DNA of 64,000 nt from Octopus bimaculoides (GCF_001194135.2 NC_068981.1:65249795-65313794), one strand, 5' to 3'; counted from the stretch's first letter, positions 23,562 to 36,802 are shown. Notes: generated by a model from the letters alone, not told the origin. Program-made: numbers and translations.

Positions 23562-25878
23562 ATGTTTGCTCTAACTAGATCGAAATCAATGTCGAAGAAA
23601 ACTTCTAAAACGTCGCCTTCTTCATCACCGCTGTCCTCTGCGGCTGTGGTGAAGGAGGCAACTGACAGTTGGAAAAGCCGTAGTAATCGTAACAATAACA
23701 ATCGACACCATCAGTTACAATATTCAGCCAGTCACTTGGGCTGTAGTACAAGTATAAGCAGTGGTGCTAGTGGTCCCAAGGTAACTAAGAAATCGGCTCA
23801 CTCAACTATTGGTGGCAATCCTACATCTATGACGTCCTCAAAGACTATGATTGATGGCAGCGGTGTGGCAGTTAATGAAGCTAATCTTGGTTTTCTTGGA
23901 CGGCTGAAAAGAAAGTTTAGGATCCATACCAACAAAGGTAGTTACAGTCTTTGCCAGGAAAATTTGTCAAACAATAGCCATTATATGGCACGTAGTGAGA
24001 GCGAAATATATGACAATAATCATCATGCAGGACTTACTTGGAAAGAAACTAAATTACGTTCAGAAAGCTTACCCCGCACACGACAAAATCCATTTTCGAC
24101 TGTGAAAAAGACACCGCATCGGCAGAATTCTTCTTTCTGGGGAAGACATTTCCCAGATAACCAAAATATTGTAGACCCATCATGGCTCACTGAAGAATCC
24201 GATGAGGGGCAGTGTCGCCCATTGTTGAATGAATCAGGTGAAGTAAGGAATGATTTTTTGAGCTTGGATGAGTCTGCAATTGACTTGGATAATGAACCTG
24301 CAACTAACGATGTCTTGAATGATGAACCAGGTTATGAAAGCTTGGAAGAAATCAAATTAAAAATGCAGTTAAATCAATTAAAACATTCTTCTGTTTCTAC
24401 TGTTCTTGAATGCCCTGAAACCCCTGACACAAATGACTTATGCTGCAATGGGGTTTCATTACAAGTTAAGTCCTCCTTGTTATCTTCAGCATTACCAAAG
24501 AATGGCCAGTTCAAAAATGCAGACCATATTAATAAAAACTGTCAGAATGGAACAGATAACATGTGTGAATGTACCAAAAATTTGGAGCTACATCCTGCGG
24601 AATGTAATAATGATAACAAACTTGTGTACTACTGTGATGAAAGAATGTCACCTCCTCCTGCCTCATTAGCAACAACGACACTGCAGTCTTTAAATTGTTG
24701 CCGTGGTAGGCAGACAGCAGAGAGTGGTGCATCAAAAATATGTCTGAATTTACCAACTTTGCAATTCTCGTGCCCTTCAAGAAATCCTTCAGTTGATGAT
24801 ACAAGTCCGGATTCATCTGATCTGTTTTCTGATGAACTCTATGCAAATCCCCAAATCCTTATCCGCAAAAAGTCCCGATCAAAACAATCATTTCAAGAAT
24901 CTGATCGAACAAGTAAAGGTTCTACATATGAAGGAATTGCAACAGGTGCAAGTGATTCAAATGGCAATTCAAAAGAGAACAACGAACAAGATATGTCTCC
25001 AAAAGAAACACAAACTGACTTGGCACCACCATTGCCTGCTCGAAACTATCGCCCTGATGAGAAAGGAGAACCCGAGAAATGTGAATCCTTTAGCACTTGG
25101 TGTAATGACTATGCTAAAGGAACCTCAATGGTGGAAAATTCCACATCATCCGGGAAACCTTTCTTCAACAACCTGTGTTTACCTGAACCTTCTCTCCCAC
25201 TGCCTCCCTCAGATGTTCCTCCCCCACTCCCACCAGATAACCGAAAGTCAGTGTTTGCTGGTAGTAGTAGTTCAAGTGATAAAGTGAGTGCTAATGTGAT
25301 AAATCCAATGACTAAACTTCGGCTGAATGAACAGCCTTCACTGGCAGCATCTTCTTTAGAGCAGTTGTTGCAAGAATCTTCAGTTGCTCCATCTTTTAAA
25401 CGACGAGTTCTTGATGAGCCAATTCATGCTTCCTTAGAGGAGGTTTTCCCCAGAATGCGAACACAACATAATCCTAGTCGGTCAAAATTAACTGCTTCCT
25501 GGAATGGGGAGCGTTTAAATGCCAACACCAGTAATCATTGGGATTTTTTCATGAAGGACAGTCTCCCTAAGTCTTTGTCTTCATCAAAAGTGTTAGATGA
25601 ACCTATCCATGCATCATTAGATGAAGTATTTCCTCAAAGAAGGCAGAGGCAAAATACTAAATGGAATAGAAATAGTCTTTCATCGTTGAACTGTAATGGC
25701 AGACGTTTCCCTAGTGCTGAGAATAACTGGGAGGTTGTTGTTCAAGAAGGCAGCCCTAATTTATTTGGATGTACCCAGATGTTTCCTAGTGTTAATGGCC
25801 TGATCAATCCGGAGATACCACCACCATTGCCTGCTAAACGGAAAACTAACCAAAGTTGTTTAGGATCCTGCAAATCTG
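23562..25878 (+). CDS. Large coding exon of a disordered signalling adaptor/scaffold-like protein (family not identified; SOCS6/7-like or PEAK/Pragmin-like N-terminus are hypotheses)
   Basis: 782-codon open frame (to TAA 25910) in AT-rich DNA; acceptor-like ...CCACAG| at 23554; donor-like TCTG|GTGAGT at 25878/25879 (phase 1). Ser/Asn-rich with PxLPxR/K motifs (APPLPARNYR, PPPLPPDNRK, PPPLPAKRK) and Tyr motifs (YDN, YESL, YANP, YEGI); no catalytic domain visible. Confidence 0.85.
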
Positions 25879-26989
25879 GTGAGTTTACTTTTGATTATAT
25901 TCAATACTAATGTGTTTTTGTATGTTATGGAAATGTAAAATATATAAATATATCCATATAAACAAAAGCAGTTTGTGTGACTGACTGAAGTGATTATGAT
26001 ATGAATTCAAATTTAGCAACAGGTGTTGTGTTGTAACCTTGGAAAAGATACATGATGTCAACTGCCTCTGTCCACTTTGATGAAAAAACTTTACACTTGG
26101 TTGTTATTCCTGTAACCCACTGAAGACTTCATGTTGTTTATTTAGGTCTCAAGTCAGCCTCTTTGAGCCCATTCATTTTCCATGCTTTACCCTGCATTGA
26201 AGCTAAATGAAGCTGTTGTTAATTACTTCGCATTATTTCTTATTTATAGCATTGATTTATTCCAGCTCTGCAGTATCTATTTACAGCCTTGAGGTCTGGA
26301 CTGTTGGGTGTTCAGTGTCTTGGACATGGATACAAACCACTGTCAGTGGTTGGATTAGAACTTCTTGGTCATCTGTGTTTTTATTTAACACTACATCAAC
26401 TTAAACTACATCATCAAATCAGAGCCAACCCTGCAACTTTTACGTGGTTACTTGGTCTGCTAGAAATAAGATACTTCTCCCACAAATCACATTTCACCCG
26501 CTTAGGGAAAAAAAAGGGATACATAAGATAATGTAGTTCTAGATACACTATATCTGAAAGAAAAAAAAATGGATAGGTCATAGATTTGCTTGGTCAGTGT
26601 TGACTTGTGGCTAAACAGGAGTTTAAACCTAACAGCTAAACAATAGGTCTAGTTGATCTGGGGGCTCAACATCATTTCATTTATTTTGCTGTAGATTTTC
26701 ATTTTAATGTTATCAGGTAAATTTCTTCCATGTTGGTTAAGAGAGATTTAGAATTTATAAAAGTTACACTACTCAAGCATTAATAGTTGCAACATAATTT
26801 TGTGCATGTTGATAATCTAATGTATCAGTGCTTCAAGGGTTATAGTTGAGCTTGCAACCTAGTTTTTATTCATGATTAGCATCATTACACATCATTTTAA
26901 TTCATATTAGTCTCTGCAAATTCCAGCTGTTTCTTCAAGCTTCAGAGAGGGATTGGGACTTCTAGACTAGTATAGCCATGGCAACTTTT

Positions 26990-27430
26990 ATTCTTTTGCT
27001 TGTTTCAGTCATTGAAGTGCAGCCATGCTGGGGCACTGTCTGGAAAGATTTATCTGAATAAATCAATCTCAGCACTTTATTTAAAATCTGGTACTTATTC
27101 CATTGGTCATTTTTGCTTAATTGCTAAGTTATGGGAAGGTAAACAAACCAACATCTGTTTTCTAGCAGTGTCTGTATGTAGGGAAACACAGAAACACATA
27201 CATATGTTCATCATCATTAAACATCCATTTTCCATGCTGGCATGGGTTGGATTAATATGTGTGTGTATGAAGGGCTTTCATGCAGTTTCTGTCTACCAAA
27301 TCCATTCACAAGGCATTAGTCAGCCCAAGTCTTTAGCAGAAGACTCTAACCCAAGATGCAGTGCAGTAGGACTGAACCTAAAACCACTTAGTTGCAAAGT
27401 GAGCTTGTTAAACTCACAGCCATGCCTGCA
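26990..27430 (-). mobile_element. SINE family A, decayed, with an RTE-tail fragment in its central region
   Basis: Family A 3' and 5' halves flank CATCATCATTAAACATCCATTTTCCATGCTGGCATGGGTTGG (~27209-27250). Confidence 0.65.
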
Positions 27431-27747
27431 CTGGGAACAAAAGATTGTTATTTCTACATGGTCCCCTTAAAAAACATAATCCTACCATGATACATAACTG
27501 CCAATTATGTATGTATGTATATAAGAAAATTGAGGATTCATACTGGTGTGATTTGCAATTAAGCAGAAAATGCATTCAAAATTGTTGGAGAAAGTGCAAT
27601 AATGTTTATTCAAAGCTGAGTCTACATGAATTGTTAGTCCAAATTTCTTCTTTCCATTCTTGAGACAACTGAAAATCTCTGTATCTGTTTGGATAGACTC
27701 AACATTAAATAGATATATATTTGTGTGTGTGTGTGTGTCTGTATATA

Positions 27748-27798
<51 letters not shown>

Positions 27799-30649
27799 TT
27801 CTTATTTAACTTTTAATGACAGTTTATCTATGATAAACTATAATTATTTACAGACTGAATAAAGCTGTACCTAGTAATGCATACCTTAACAAAACAAATA
27901 TCATGTAAGTTAACTACTGAATATCAAGTAGATCCATAAGTACAGAAGGAAATCCAATTTAAGACAATCAGGAAAATACCTTCATCAGCTGCCTAACAAA
28001 TGTCATTGTGATTTTGACACACAAAGCAAGAACACTTCTTATATTCCATCAAAATATATATAACAGTTAAAACGTGCAAATAATCATAATTCAACTTAGA
28101 TATGTTATATAACTAAGTAATAACAAAATATAAGAAACAAAGACTAACTCACAAATTGTATATGCCAATCTTGACATAAATGAAAATTGATAATTATCTA
28201 ATAAAGGTAATTTTAGGAATAAACTATTTATTAATAAATATAACAATAAAAACAAACCTTGATTTGAAGAATGACATGCAGTTATATTAAAGTGCTAGCT
28301 TACAATCATAGCCAATACTATCAGATAGTTAGTTTCCATGCTCTGCTTGTAAGGCTCCCATGCACAAAAGAAAGAGTTCTACCACTGACTAGAATTTGCA
28401 GAGGCAAATTAATACACAAACTTAAAGTGACAGATATCCAGTGAGAAAAAGGGCAAATCTACTATGTGGTAACATCATCCAAACAACCCAAGCAAACATT
28501 CTAATCAATAAATTAGAAACAATATCACTCTGCAAGCTTGATGTTACCCTGAATGTCCTTACAATGCCATTGTGTCAATTGAGATTACAATTAAATTGAC
28601 TAATTAATCTTTTTAACATAAAAATGAACCCCCAAGAAGATTATTAGTAACCTCAAGCAGTAATTTTTCCCTCTTAGTTATTTTTCCAAATCTTATTATT
28701 TGTGCTGCAAACACATGATATTATAGTCTGCTAGCCAAGCAACTATAACATCATTGCTACTTGAAAATTAAACTCGCTTGTCTTATTGTACATAATACCT
28801 TTAGATGCATTACAGATCTTGACCTAAAACATCTGAATAATTAAGTTTATTAACATCCCTACCATTCCTGCTAACCTCCAAATCTCTTGGGTAAATTTTA
28901 AATAATAAACTTTCAAAGAAACAACAATTGAATGGAATTATAGTGGTAAATGGAGGTGGAGTCACAAGGGGGTTCAAGTCTGCTTGTGACTACATAGACA
29001 CCTAAAACAATTAGCAAAAAAAAAAAAACATGGTATCCAGTCATACTTACCTGTAGGTGATGGCTGACTCTTAATCTGTATGCATGTATTTATGTATATG
29101 TATGTATTTATGTATGTATTGCCACCCTCTTACTTTTATCTAACCTCTTACCCATATATCTCTAGGATGCCCCCTACCTTCTTTTTCCCTCATCGCACCC
29201 TTTGTTTTCTTCTTGCCCAATCCCTCTTTCTATCCTCTCCATTGCTTCCCCATTTAGCATGCTTTCACAGCATTCACATTCTGCTCTTCCTATCTTTATT
29301 TTACCCTTCAACATCTTTTTCACTCATCGCTCCAAACTACGGCACCTCAATGGCTACCTCTTTTTCTCTCCCCACTGTCCTCTCCCCACAACTTCTCTGC
29401 CTTCTCAACACCAATTTGCATCTTTCCCACTCAGGCTTACCACCATGGTACTACCCTGCCCTTATTCACCTACCTTTCCTTCAATGACTCTCTTAGTATT
29501 CTTCTCCACCTTTGTCTATTTCTCTCCTATCTCTGTCCCCTCATACTGATTGTGTATACTTGCCTCTTATAATGTTGGGGTGCCCTAACCCCAACCTTAG
29601 ACAATAACCCCTCTCTACTTCCAAGGTTGTCCCTGCTTTTTTCTTCACTGGCCCCTCAGTAATCCCTTCTCTCTCCCTTGTTCCCTGCCCACCTACAANN
29701 NNNNNNNNNNNNNNNNNNNNNNNNNNNNNNNNNNNNNNNNNNNNNNNNNNNNNNNNNNNNNNNNNNNNNNNNNNNNNNNNNNNNNNNNNNNNNNNNNNNN
29801 NNNNNNNNNNNNNNNNNNNNNNNNNNNNNNNNNNNNNNNNNNNNNNNNNNNNNNNNNNNNNNNNNNNNNNNNNNNNNNNNNNNNNNNNNNNNNNNNNNNN
29901 NNNNNNNNNNNNNNNNNNNNNNNNNNNNNNNNNNNNNNNNNNNNNNNNNNNNNNNNNNNNNNNNNNNNNNNNNNNNNNNNNNNNNNNNNNNNNNNNNNNN
30001 NNNNNNNNNNNNNNNNNNNNNNNNNNNNNNNNNNNNNNNNNNNNNNNNNNNNNNNNNNNNNNNNNNNNNNNNNNNNNNNNNNNNNNNNNNNNNNNNNNNN
30101 NNNNNNATGTGCATGCACACACACACACACAGAGTATTCCTGTCCTTAATGGCATAGCAACTTTGAAGAATTCTTGACTCTTGAGAATTCCTTCCCTCTC
30201 ATATGGAGCTAGTTCCAATTGCCATTTGGTAACTGTGACATATTCTCTAGAAGCAAAGGTAATTTGAATAACTTAAGAATTTATATTGTATGGTATTTGA
30301 TATATCTGCATTTGTCTGTGTTCAAATGCATACCACTTGTTACTCTGAGTTATTTCTCATAGCTCATTTTTATTCAAATTATGCAAATTACCTAAGTAAT
30401 AAATGTTTTATTCATTTTTTTTTTATGTCTAAGTCCCTTGACTACTGGAAATAAGGGAAGACAATTGTGTCTTTTTCCTCAATGGCATGTCAATTCCAGA
30501 TAATTCTTGGTTCTGGGGGTTCTTATAAGGAGCTGGTTCTAAATGCCATTTGGTGATTGTGACACAGCTTCTAGAAGTGGCGCTAATTTTAATAAACCCC
30601 AAATTTTTGTATGATATTTGATATACCTGTATTTGTCTAAATATATATA

Positions 30650-30702
<53 letters not shown>

Positions 30703-32069
30703 GGTTATATCCATTTATGCAGATATGTGTATCATATATGTAGATATGCATGCATCTTTATATGCGGATATGTTTACTTATATGTACACACACACACACA
30801 TATTATAGTGCGTTAGTGTTATATTCCTTCTGCATATACACAGTACTTTTAGCACATCTTAAGTTTTGTTGACTAATTTGTCATCAAATTTTTAGCGCCC
30901 TGCTGTGACCTTTTGAATAATTTTAAATTCTTCTACTGAGTTGCATTGTACAAATATGTTGTAAGCGATATCTATATGTTGTCAAGTATGTGTTTCTGTT
31001 GTTTTGTTGCTGTTTGTTTGCTTCTGTGCCCAGTTTTTATTCTTTGTCTTCAACTGCATAATAACGTTACAGTTTTTTTTTTTTTTTGAGAAAAGAACAT
31101 GTTTTGGCTTAGAACATAATGTAGTATCTATTGCAGGATTGAAGCCTATCTAGATCCATGTAGCTACGTGCCATACGATCCCTTTCATCATCTCACTTAA
31201 TGTCTTTTCTTTTTTTTTTTTACCTATGTAAATATATTTTCCTAATTTTTCTCTTGCGGTTCTTTTTAAGTATATATATTTTTTAACACTANNNNNNNNN
31301 NNNNNNNNNNNNNNNNNNNNNNNNNNNNNNNNNNNNNNNNNNNNNNNNNNNNNNNNNNNNNNNNNNNNNNNNNNNNNNNNNNNNNNNNNNNNNNNNNNNN
31401 NNNNNNNNNNNNNNNNNNNNNNNNNNNNNNNNNNNNNNNNNNNNNNNNNNNNNNNNNNNNNNNNNNNNNNNNNNNNNNNNNNNNNNNNNNNNNNNNNNNN
31501 NNNNNNNNNNNNNNNNNNNNNNNNNNNNNNNNNNNNNNNNNNNNNNNNNNNNNNNNNNNNNNNNNNNNNNNNNNNNNNNNNNNNNNNNNNNNNNNNNNNN
31601 NNNNNNNNNNNNNNNNNNNNNNNNNNNNNNNNNNNNNNNNNNNNNNNNNNNNNNNNNNNNNNNNNNNNNNNNNNNNNNNNNNNNNNNNNNNNNNNNNNNN
31701 NNNNNNNNNNNNNNNNNNNNNNNNNNNNNNNNNNNNNNNNNNNNNNNNNNNNNNNNNNNNNNNNNNNNNNNNNNNNNNNNNNNNNNNNNNNNNNNNNNNN
31801 NNNNNNNNNNNNNNNNNNNNNNNNNNNNNNNNNNNNNNNNNNNNNNNNNNNNNNNNNNNNNNNNNNNNNNNNNNNNNNNNNNNNNNNNNNNNNNNNNNNN
31901 NNNNNNNNNNNNNNNNNNNNNNNNNNNNNNNNNNNNNNNNNNNNNNNNNNNNNNNNNNNNNNNNNNNNNNNNNNNNNNNNNNNNNNNNNNNNNNNNNNNN
32001 NNNNNNNNNNNNNNNNNNNNNNNNNNNNNNNNNNNNNNNNNNNNNNNNNNNNNNNNNNNNNNNNNNNNN

Positions 32070-32122
<53 letters not shown>

Positions 32123-32836
32123 GATATATATATACGACAGGCTTCTTTCAGTTTCTGTCTACCAAATCCACTCATAAGGCTTAGGTCAGCCTGAGGCTAT
32201 AGTAGAAGACACTTGCCCAAGGTGCCATGCAGTGGGACTCAACCCGGAACCATGTGGTTGGTAAGCAAGCTACTTACCACACAGCCACTCCCACACCTAA
32301 AAAAAAATTAAAGAGCCACATAAATTGGGAAAAACTTTTTAATCTTTTGCTTGTTTCTATCATTCAACTGCAGCCATACTGGAGCACCAATTTGAAGGGA
32401 TTTCTATTTTAGTCAAATAAATCGATCCCAGGACATTTTTTTTTTATACGTTTGATACTTATTTGATTGATTTCTTTGTTAAACTGCTAAGTTATGGGGA
32501 TGCTATTTGTCATGCAATTAACGCCTGCCTTCCATGCTGGCATGGGTAGGATGGTTTGACAGGAGCTGGCCAGGCAAAAGACTGCACCAGACTTCTGTGT
32601 CTGTTTTGGCATGGTTTTTATGGCTGGATGCCCTTCCTAACACCAACCACCCAGCTGAGGACCACATAGATATATAAATATATATAACAGGTTTCCACAC
32701 AGTTTCCATCCACAGTTTCCTGACTAGGTGTTGGTTGACCTGAGGCTAAGGTAGAAGACACTTGCCCAAGGTGCTGTGCAGTGTGACTGAACCCCAAACC
32801 ACAAGGTTACAAATTGAACTTCTTAACCACACAGCC
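32070..32836 (-). mobile_element. SINE family A 5' half (32070-32290) plus a second decayed family A copy containing an RTE tail (32520-32650)
   Basis: Matches to the copies at 4970-5386 and 11840-11982. Confidence 0.7.
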
Positions 32837-32870
32837 TGAAATTGTGCACGTGCTCCTCATACCCCCGCAG

Positions 32871-33315
32871 AAACATAGCCATCTCCTACAAGTGAGTATA
32901 GCTTGATAGTAAGTACCATGCTTCTGCTAATTGTTTTAAGTGAGCACATAGTCATGAACAAACACTCTTTGGCCTTTTAACCTTTGATCTAGTGGAACAT
33001 CAAAGATGTGACATCTGGATGGTGAGATGACTGCACCAGCAACTTGACTTGTAGAAATGAAGTGCCTTGTTCAAGGACATAATGTACTGCCTGATACAGT
33101 AATCAAACCCACACTCTTATGATAATGATCCAAACACCCTAACCACTTGGCCACATTCCCTCACAGAAATCGTGGATTGTTGAATTGGCTGTGCAGTTAA
33201 GAAGCTTGTATTGCAATCACCTGGTTTCAGGTTCAAACTCACTTAAAACAATTAACAGAAGCATGGTACTTACTATCAAGCTATACTCACTCACTAGTAG
33301 GAGATGGCTATGTTT
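32871..33315. repeat. ~75-bp inverted repeat pair (32871-32944 / 33238-33315)
   Basis: AAACATAGCCATCTCCTAC...AGTATAGCTTGATAGTAAGTACCATGCTTCTG(C/T)TAATTGTTTTAAGTGAG and its reverse complement; 2 substitutions plus one 4-nt indel. Confidence 0.85.
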
Positions 33316-33714
33316 TTTTTGGGGGGGGAGATGGGGAGTGGGTGCACTGCATGGCATCTTATTATTCAAGTTAAATTCTTTATGCAGTCAACTTTACTTT
33401 ATAAATAATATTCTAAAGTTGATTCAATCTGCTATTATTTCACACCTAATAAAAAATATGGTCATTATCTGCATCAACATGATCATTATTATTTATTTTG
33501 TGTGTGGGGGGGGTTTTGTGACTATAAACATTATTGACTTTTTCTAAATCAATCTCAGGTCTAGTAACTTGTTTTTGTTTTTATATTTGTAGGCATTTGT
33601 ACATGAAGGTGTGTGATACATATTTTAATTGCTTCTCTGCTTTGTTACCATAAGCTTGTATTAAATTCTCTAAATGTTTTTGTACTAAGACTTCACGCAT
33701 GCACATCATCATTA

Positions 33715-33757
<43 letters not shown>

Positions 33758-34299
33758 CACTAACATAGCTAGCGGGATTAGAGCAGTCTGTCCTGGATGT
33801 CACTTTTAAAGGGGAACCACTTTTAGGTCTGCTGTAAGCAAAATGTGTTTTTTGTGGGGGTCCGGGCAGCACACACTCTAGCTACACTAGTGGATATATA
33901 TATACATACACATACATTTATATATCTTTTATCTGTTTCAGTCATGCATGTACATGTGTGTATATATATATGTACATATAGTGGATTCTCATACTGCTTT
34001 CAACATATGAGGGCCCAACTCCCAGCTATTTGACTACCCACACACACAGATGATTCATTTCCAGTTGTGAAGGCTTTTGTAGGAGCAGCCACACATTTTG
34101 GCAATGTTGATAAGTAGAAAGTTGGTGCAACTGTTTGTCACAAACTCTATTAGTTCTTCATCACCTGGGTTTTTACCTTCACCATAGTTTAGAGTCCAAC
34201 ATGCTCTGATAGACTAAATATACACCCAGGTATCAAACCAGAAATTTCTAAGTCATGTATACATACGTGTGTGTGTGTGTAACCTATGCTGTAGATATA

Positions 34300-34600
34300 T
34301 AGATAGGGCAAATTTAGCTATTTCTCCAGAAATTGAGAAAATGACGAACAGCTTTAATCACTTTTCGAATCTTATTGACTTCTCATCAGGGGTATCTGCA
34401 TTACTCTGACCAATCTCAGAGTAATTAACAGCCAGTCTATTTATATACTCCACAAATCCAGTAGCTACTGAGAACGGCAGCTACTTATTTGCCTATCATA
34501 AGCATTTAGCATTTTATTTAATACCAGCAACCTGTCCACAGGGATCTTAATCCACACAGTATCAGGGTGTTATATATGCAAACAAGGCAAATTTTGCTAT
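34300..34600 (-). mobile_element. Penelope-like terminal-repeat remnant with degenerate hammerhead core
   Basis: Minus strand CTGATGA (34389-34383) GAAGTC-AATAA-GATTC GAAA (34366-34363); stems I and III do not pair well. Confidence 0.45.
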
Positions 34601-34604
34601 TTCT

Positions 34605-34800
34605 CTGTACTCTTTTACTCTTTTCAGTCATTTGACTGTGGCCATGCTGGAGCACCACCTTTAGTCAAGCAAGTCGACCCCAGGACTTATTCTTTCTAAG
34701 CCTAGCACTTATTCTATCGGACTCTTTTGCTGAACTGCTAAGTTATGTGGGACGTAAACACACCAGCATCAGTTGTCAAGCGATGTTGGGGGGGGGGACA

Positions 34801-34848
<48 letters not shown>

Positions 34849-35031
34849 CATATACATATACATATATACGATGGGCTTCTTTCAGTTTCCGTCTACCAAA
34901 TCCACTCACAAGGCTTTGGTCAGCCTGAGGCTACAGTGGAAGACACTTGCCCAAGGTGCCATGTAGTGGGACTGAACCCGGAACCATGTGGTCTGTAAGC
35001 AAGCTACTTACCACACAGCTGCTCCTGCGCC
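34605..35031 (-). mobile_element. SINE family A, full length
   Basis: Collinear with 4970-5386, including A/B boxes and tail. Confidence 0.85.
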
Positions 35032-36336
35032 TTGTAGATTGAAAAAAATTATGTATAGCCTTAATCAGTTTTTGAATCTTAAATTGAGGCAATCTGCTGT
35101 GCTAGAGAAGGCCTATCCAGCTAAATAAAATCGAAGCCATAAAGACTTGTCCATTATGTCCATGCCTCTGGACACAGTCTGTCCCTGACAAACCTGTCTC
35201 CCACATCTCTATTCCTAACATCTCTTCCTACCCCCACCCATATTCACCGCTCACTGTGTTCCCCTGTCTCCTACTCTCTCTTGCTAATCTACCTGCACAC
35301 AACATGTCCCTGTTGAATCTCTTTCCCCACCACATATCCTCCTCACATCCTCTACCTGTGCCCACCTGCTCTCTTACTACAGTTTCTCTTTCCCTCCATC
35401 TTCCAATCTCATGAACTTACCCATCAACTCACCTTATCCAATCTGTTGTACACTTCACTATATATACCTTCCTGTAACTGGGATGTATGCACCACATCTT
35501 CTCCATCTTATCTCTCTCTCTCTTTCCTCCTCTCTCCCTCTCTCTCTCATGTAGCCTTATATCTCTTCTATTTTTCATGTATTATGTATTTACATGCACA
35601 CTTTGTTTAAATACTTAAAATACTTTCTATACTAGATCCTAGATTCAGTTTTAAAAAGAAAAGTTTAAGTATTTATAATAGATTATTTTGCACACATTCA
35701 GTCACGAAATGCTGTTTATATGCAAATTTAAAGTACGTTGTGCATGTGCATATGCATTGTATGTAGGTGTGTATATGTATGTGTGTGTTGAATTTCTTCA
35801 TTAAATTCTACTTTCAAGGCATTGGAGATAAAGCAAGCTTCTTCTGTGCACAGATTCCTTCAGAAGTACCAATATGAAATAATACATTCTTTTTTTTTTC
35901 CCCCTTTGTGTGTTAGTACTCAAAGGTAGTACCTGACCACTGTCTCTTCCCTTATTTGCACATACCTACTTATATTGGTTCATATAAGTGTAGGCATGGC
36001 TATGTGGTTAAGAAATTCATTGCATGCCTGCAGCAAGTTCTGGGTTCAACCCCACTGCACGGCACCATGAGTGAGATTTTTCTACCATAGCCTCAGATTA
36101 TCAATAACTTACGAATAGAGTATCGTAGTTGGAAAGTGTGTCAAAACCTGTTATTTGTATGTATATATCTTTTGCCAAGATATATCAGTGAATATAGTAA
36201 ACATCTGAGAAAACCTAAAAAGCAAGTGCTCTGTAAATTAAGCACTTTGGGATATTTACTTGTACCGAGTTACAGACTCTCTCATGGCATGCCTGTATTT
36301 AATAACAAATGAAAAGATTAAGAAAATATATACAAA

Positions 36337-36370
<34 letters not shown>

Positions 36371-36802
36371 GGTGAGAATATATATTTTGTGTTTGTATTT
36401 ATATATAATTTGAGTATATAATATGCATACTGATATATGTGGTTATGTGAGTGTGTGTATATATTAGACAAAGAGAGAAATATAAAAATAAGATTAATAA
36501 GTAGTTATACAAATGAGAAAAAAAAATGATAGATAACAATATGTGTTTATATGTATTTTAAACTATTAACATATGTAAATAAACAGAAATACAGAGAGAT
36601 AATGAGAGCCAGATGGGAATAATCATTTATGTAACATAAAAATGCAGTCATGCTTAAAGGAAAAGAGAAAGAAGTTGAGAAAGGGAGAGATCTATCAATG
36701 GCTATAAGTGAATGGATGAAACTTCACAGTATACAGTTGTAATGTGTGTGTGTGTGTGTATATATATTAGCATGGAAAGCGGACGTTAAACGACGATGAT
36801 GA

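Noticed and set aside
24406-25287. Alternative-frame and antisense ORFs within the big exon
   Set aside because: Shadows of the 782-codon frame with no independent support.
29110-29690. Pyrimidine-rich ORFs here and at 35150-35560 and 47804-48280
   Set aside because: Not host genes; faint motifs (RSKLRHL, TCAH, SNLLY) suggest very old Penelope remnants, too weak to annotate.
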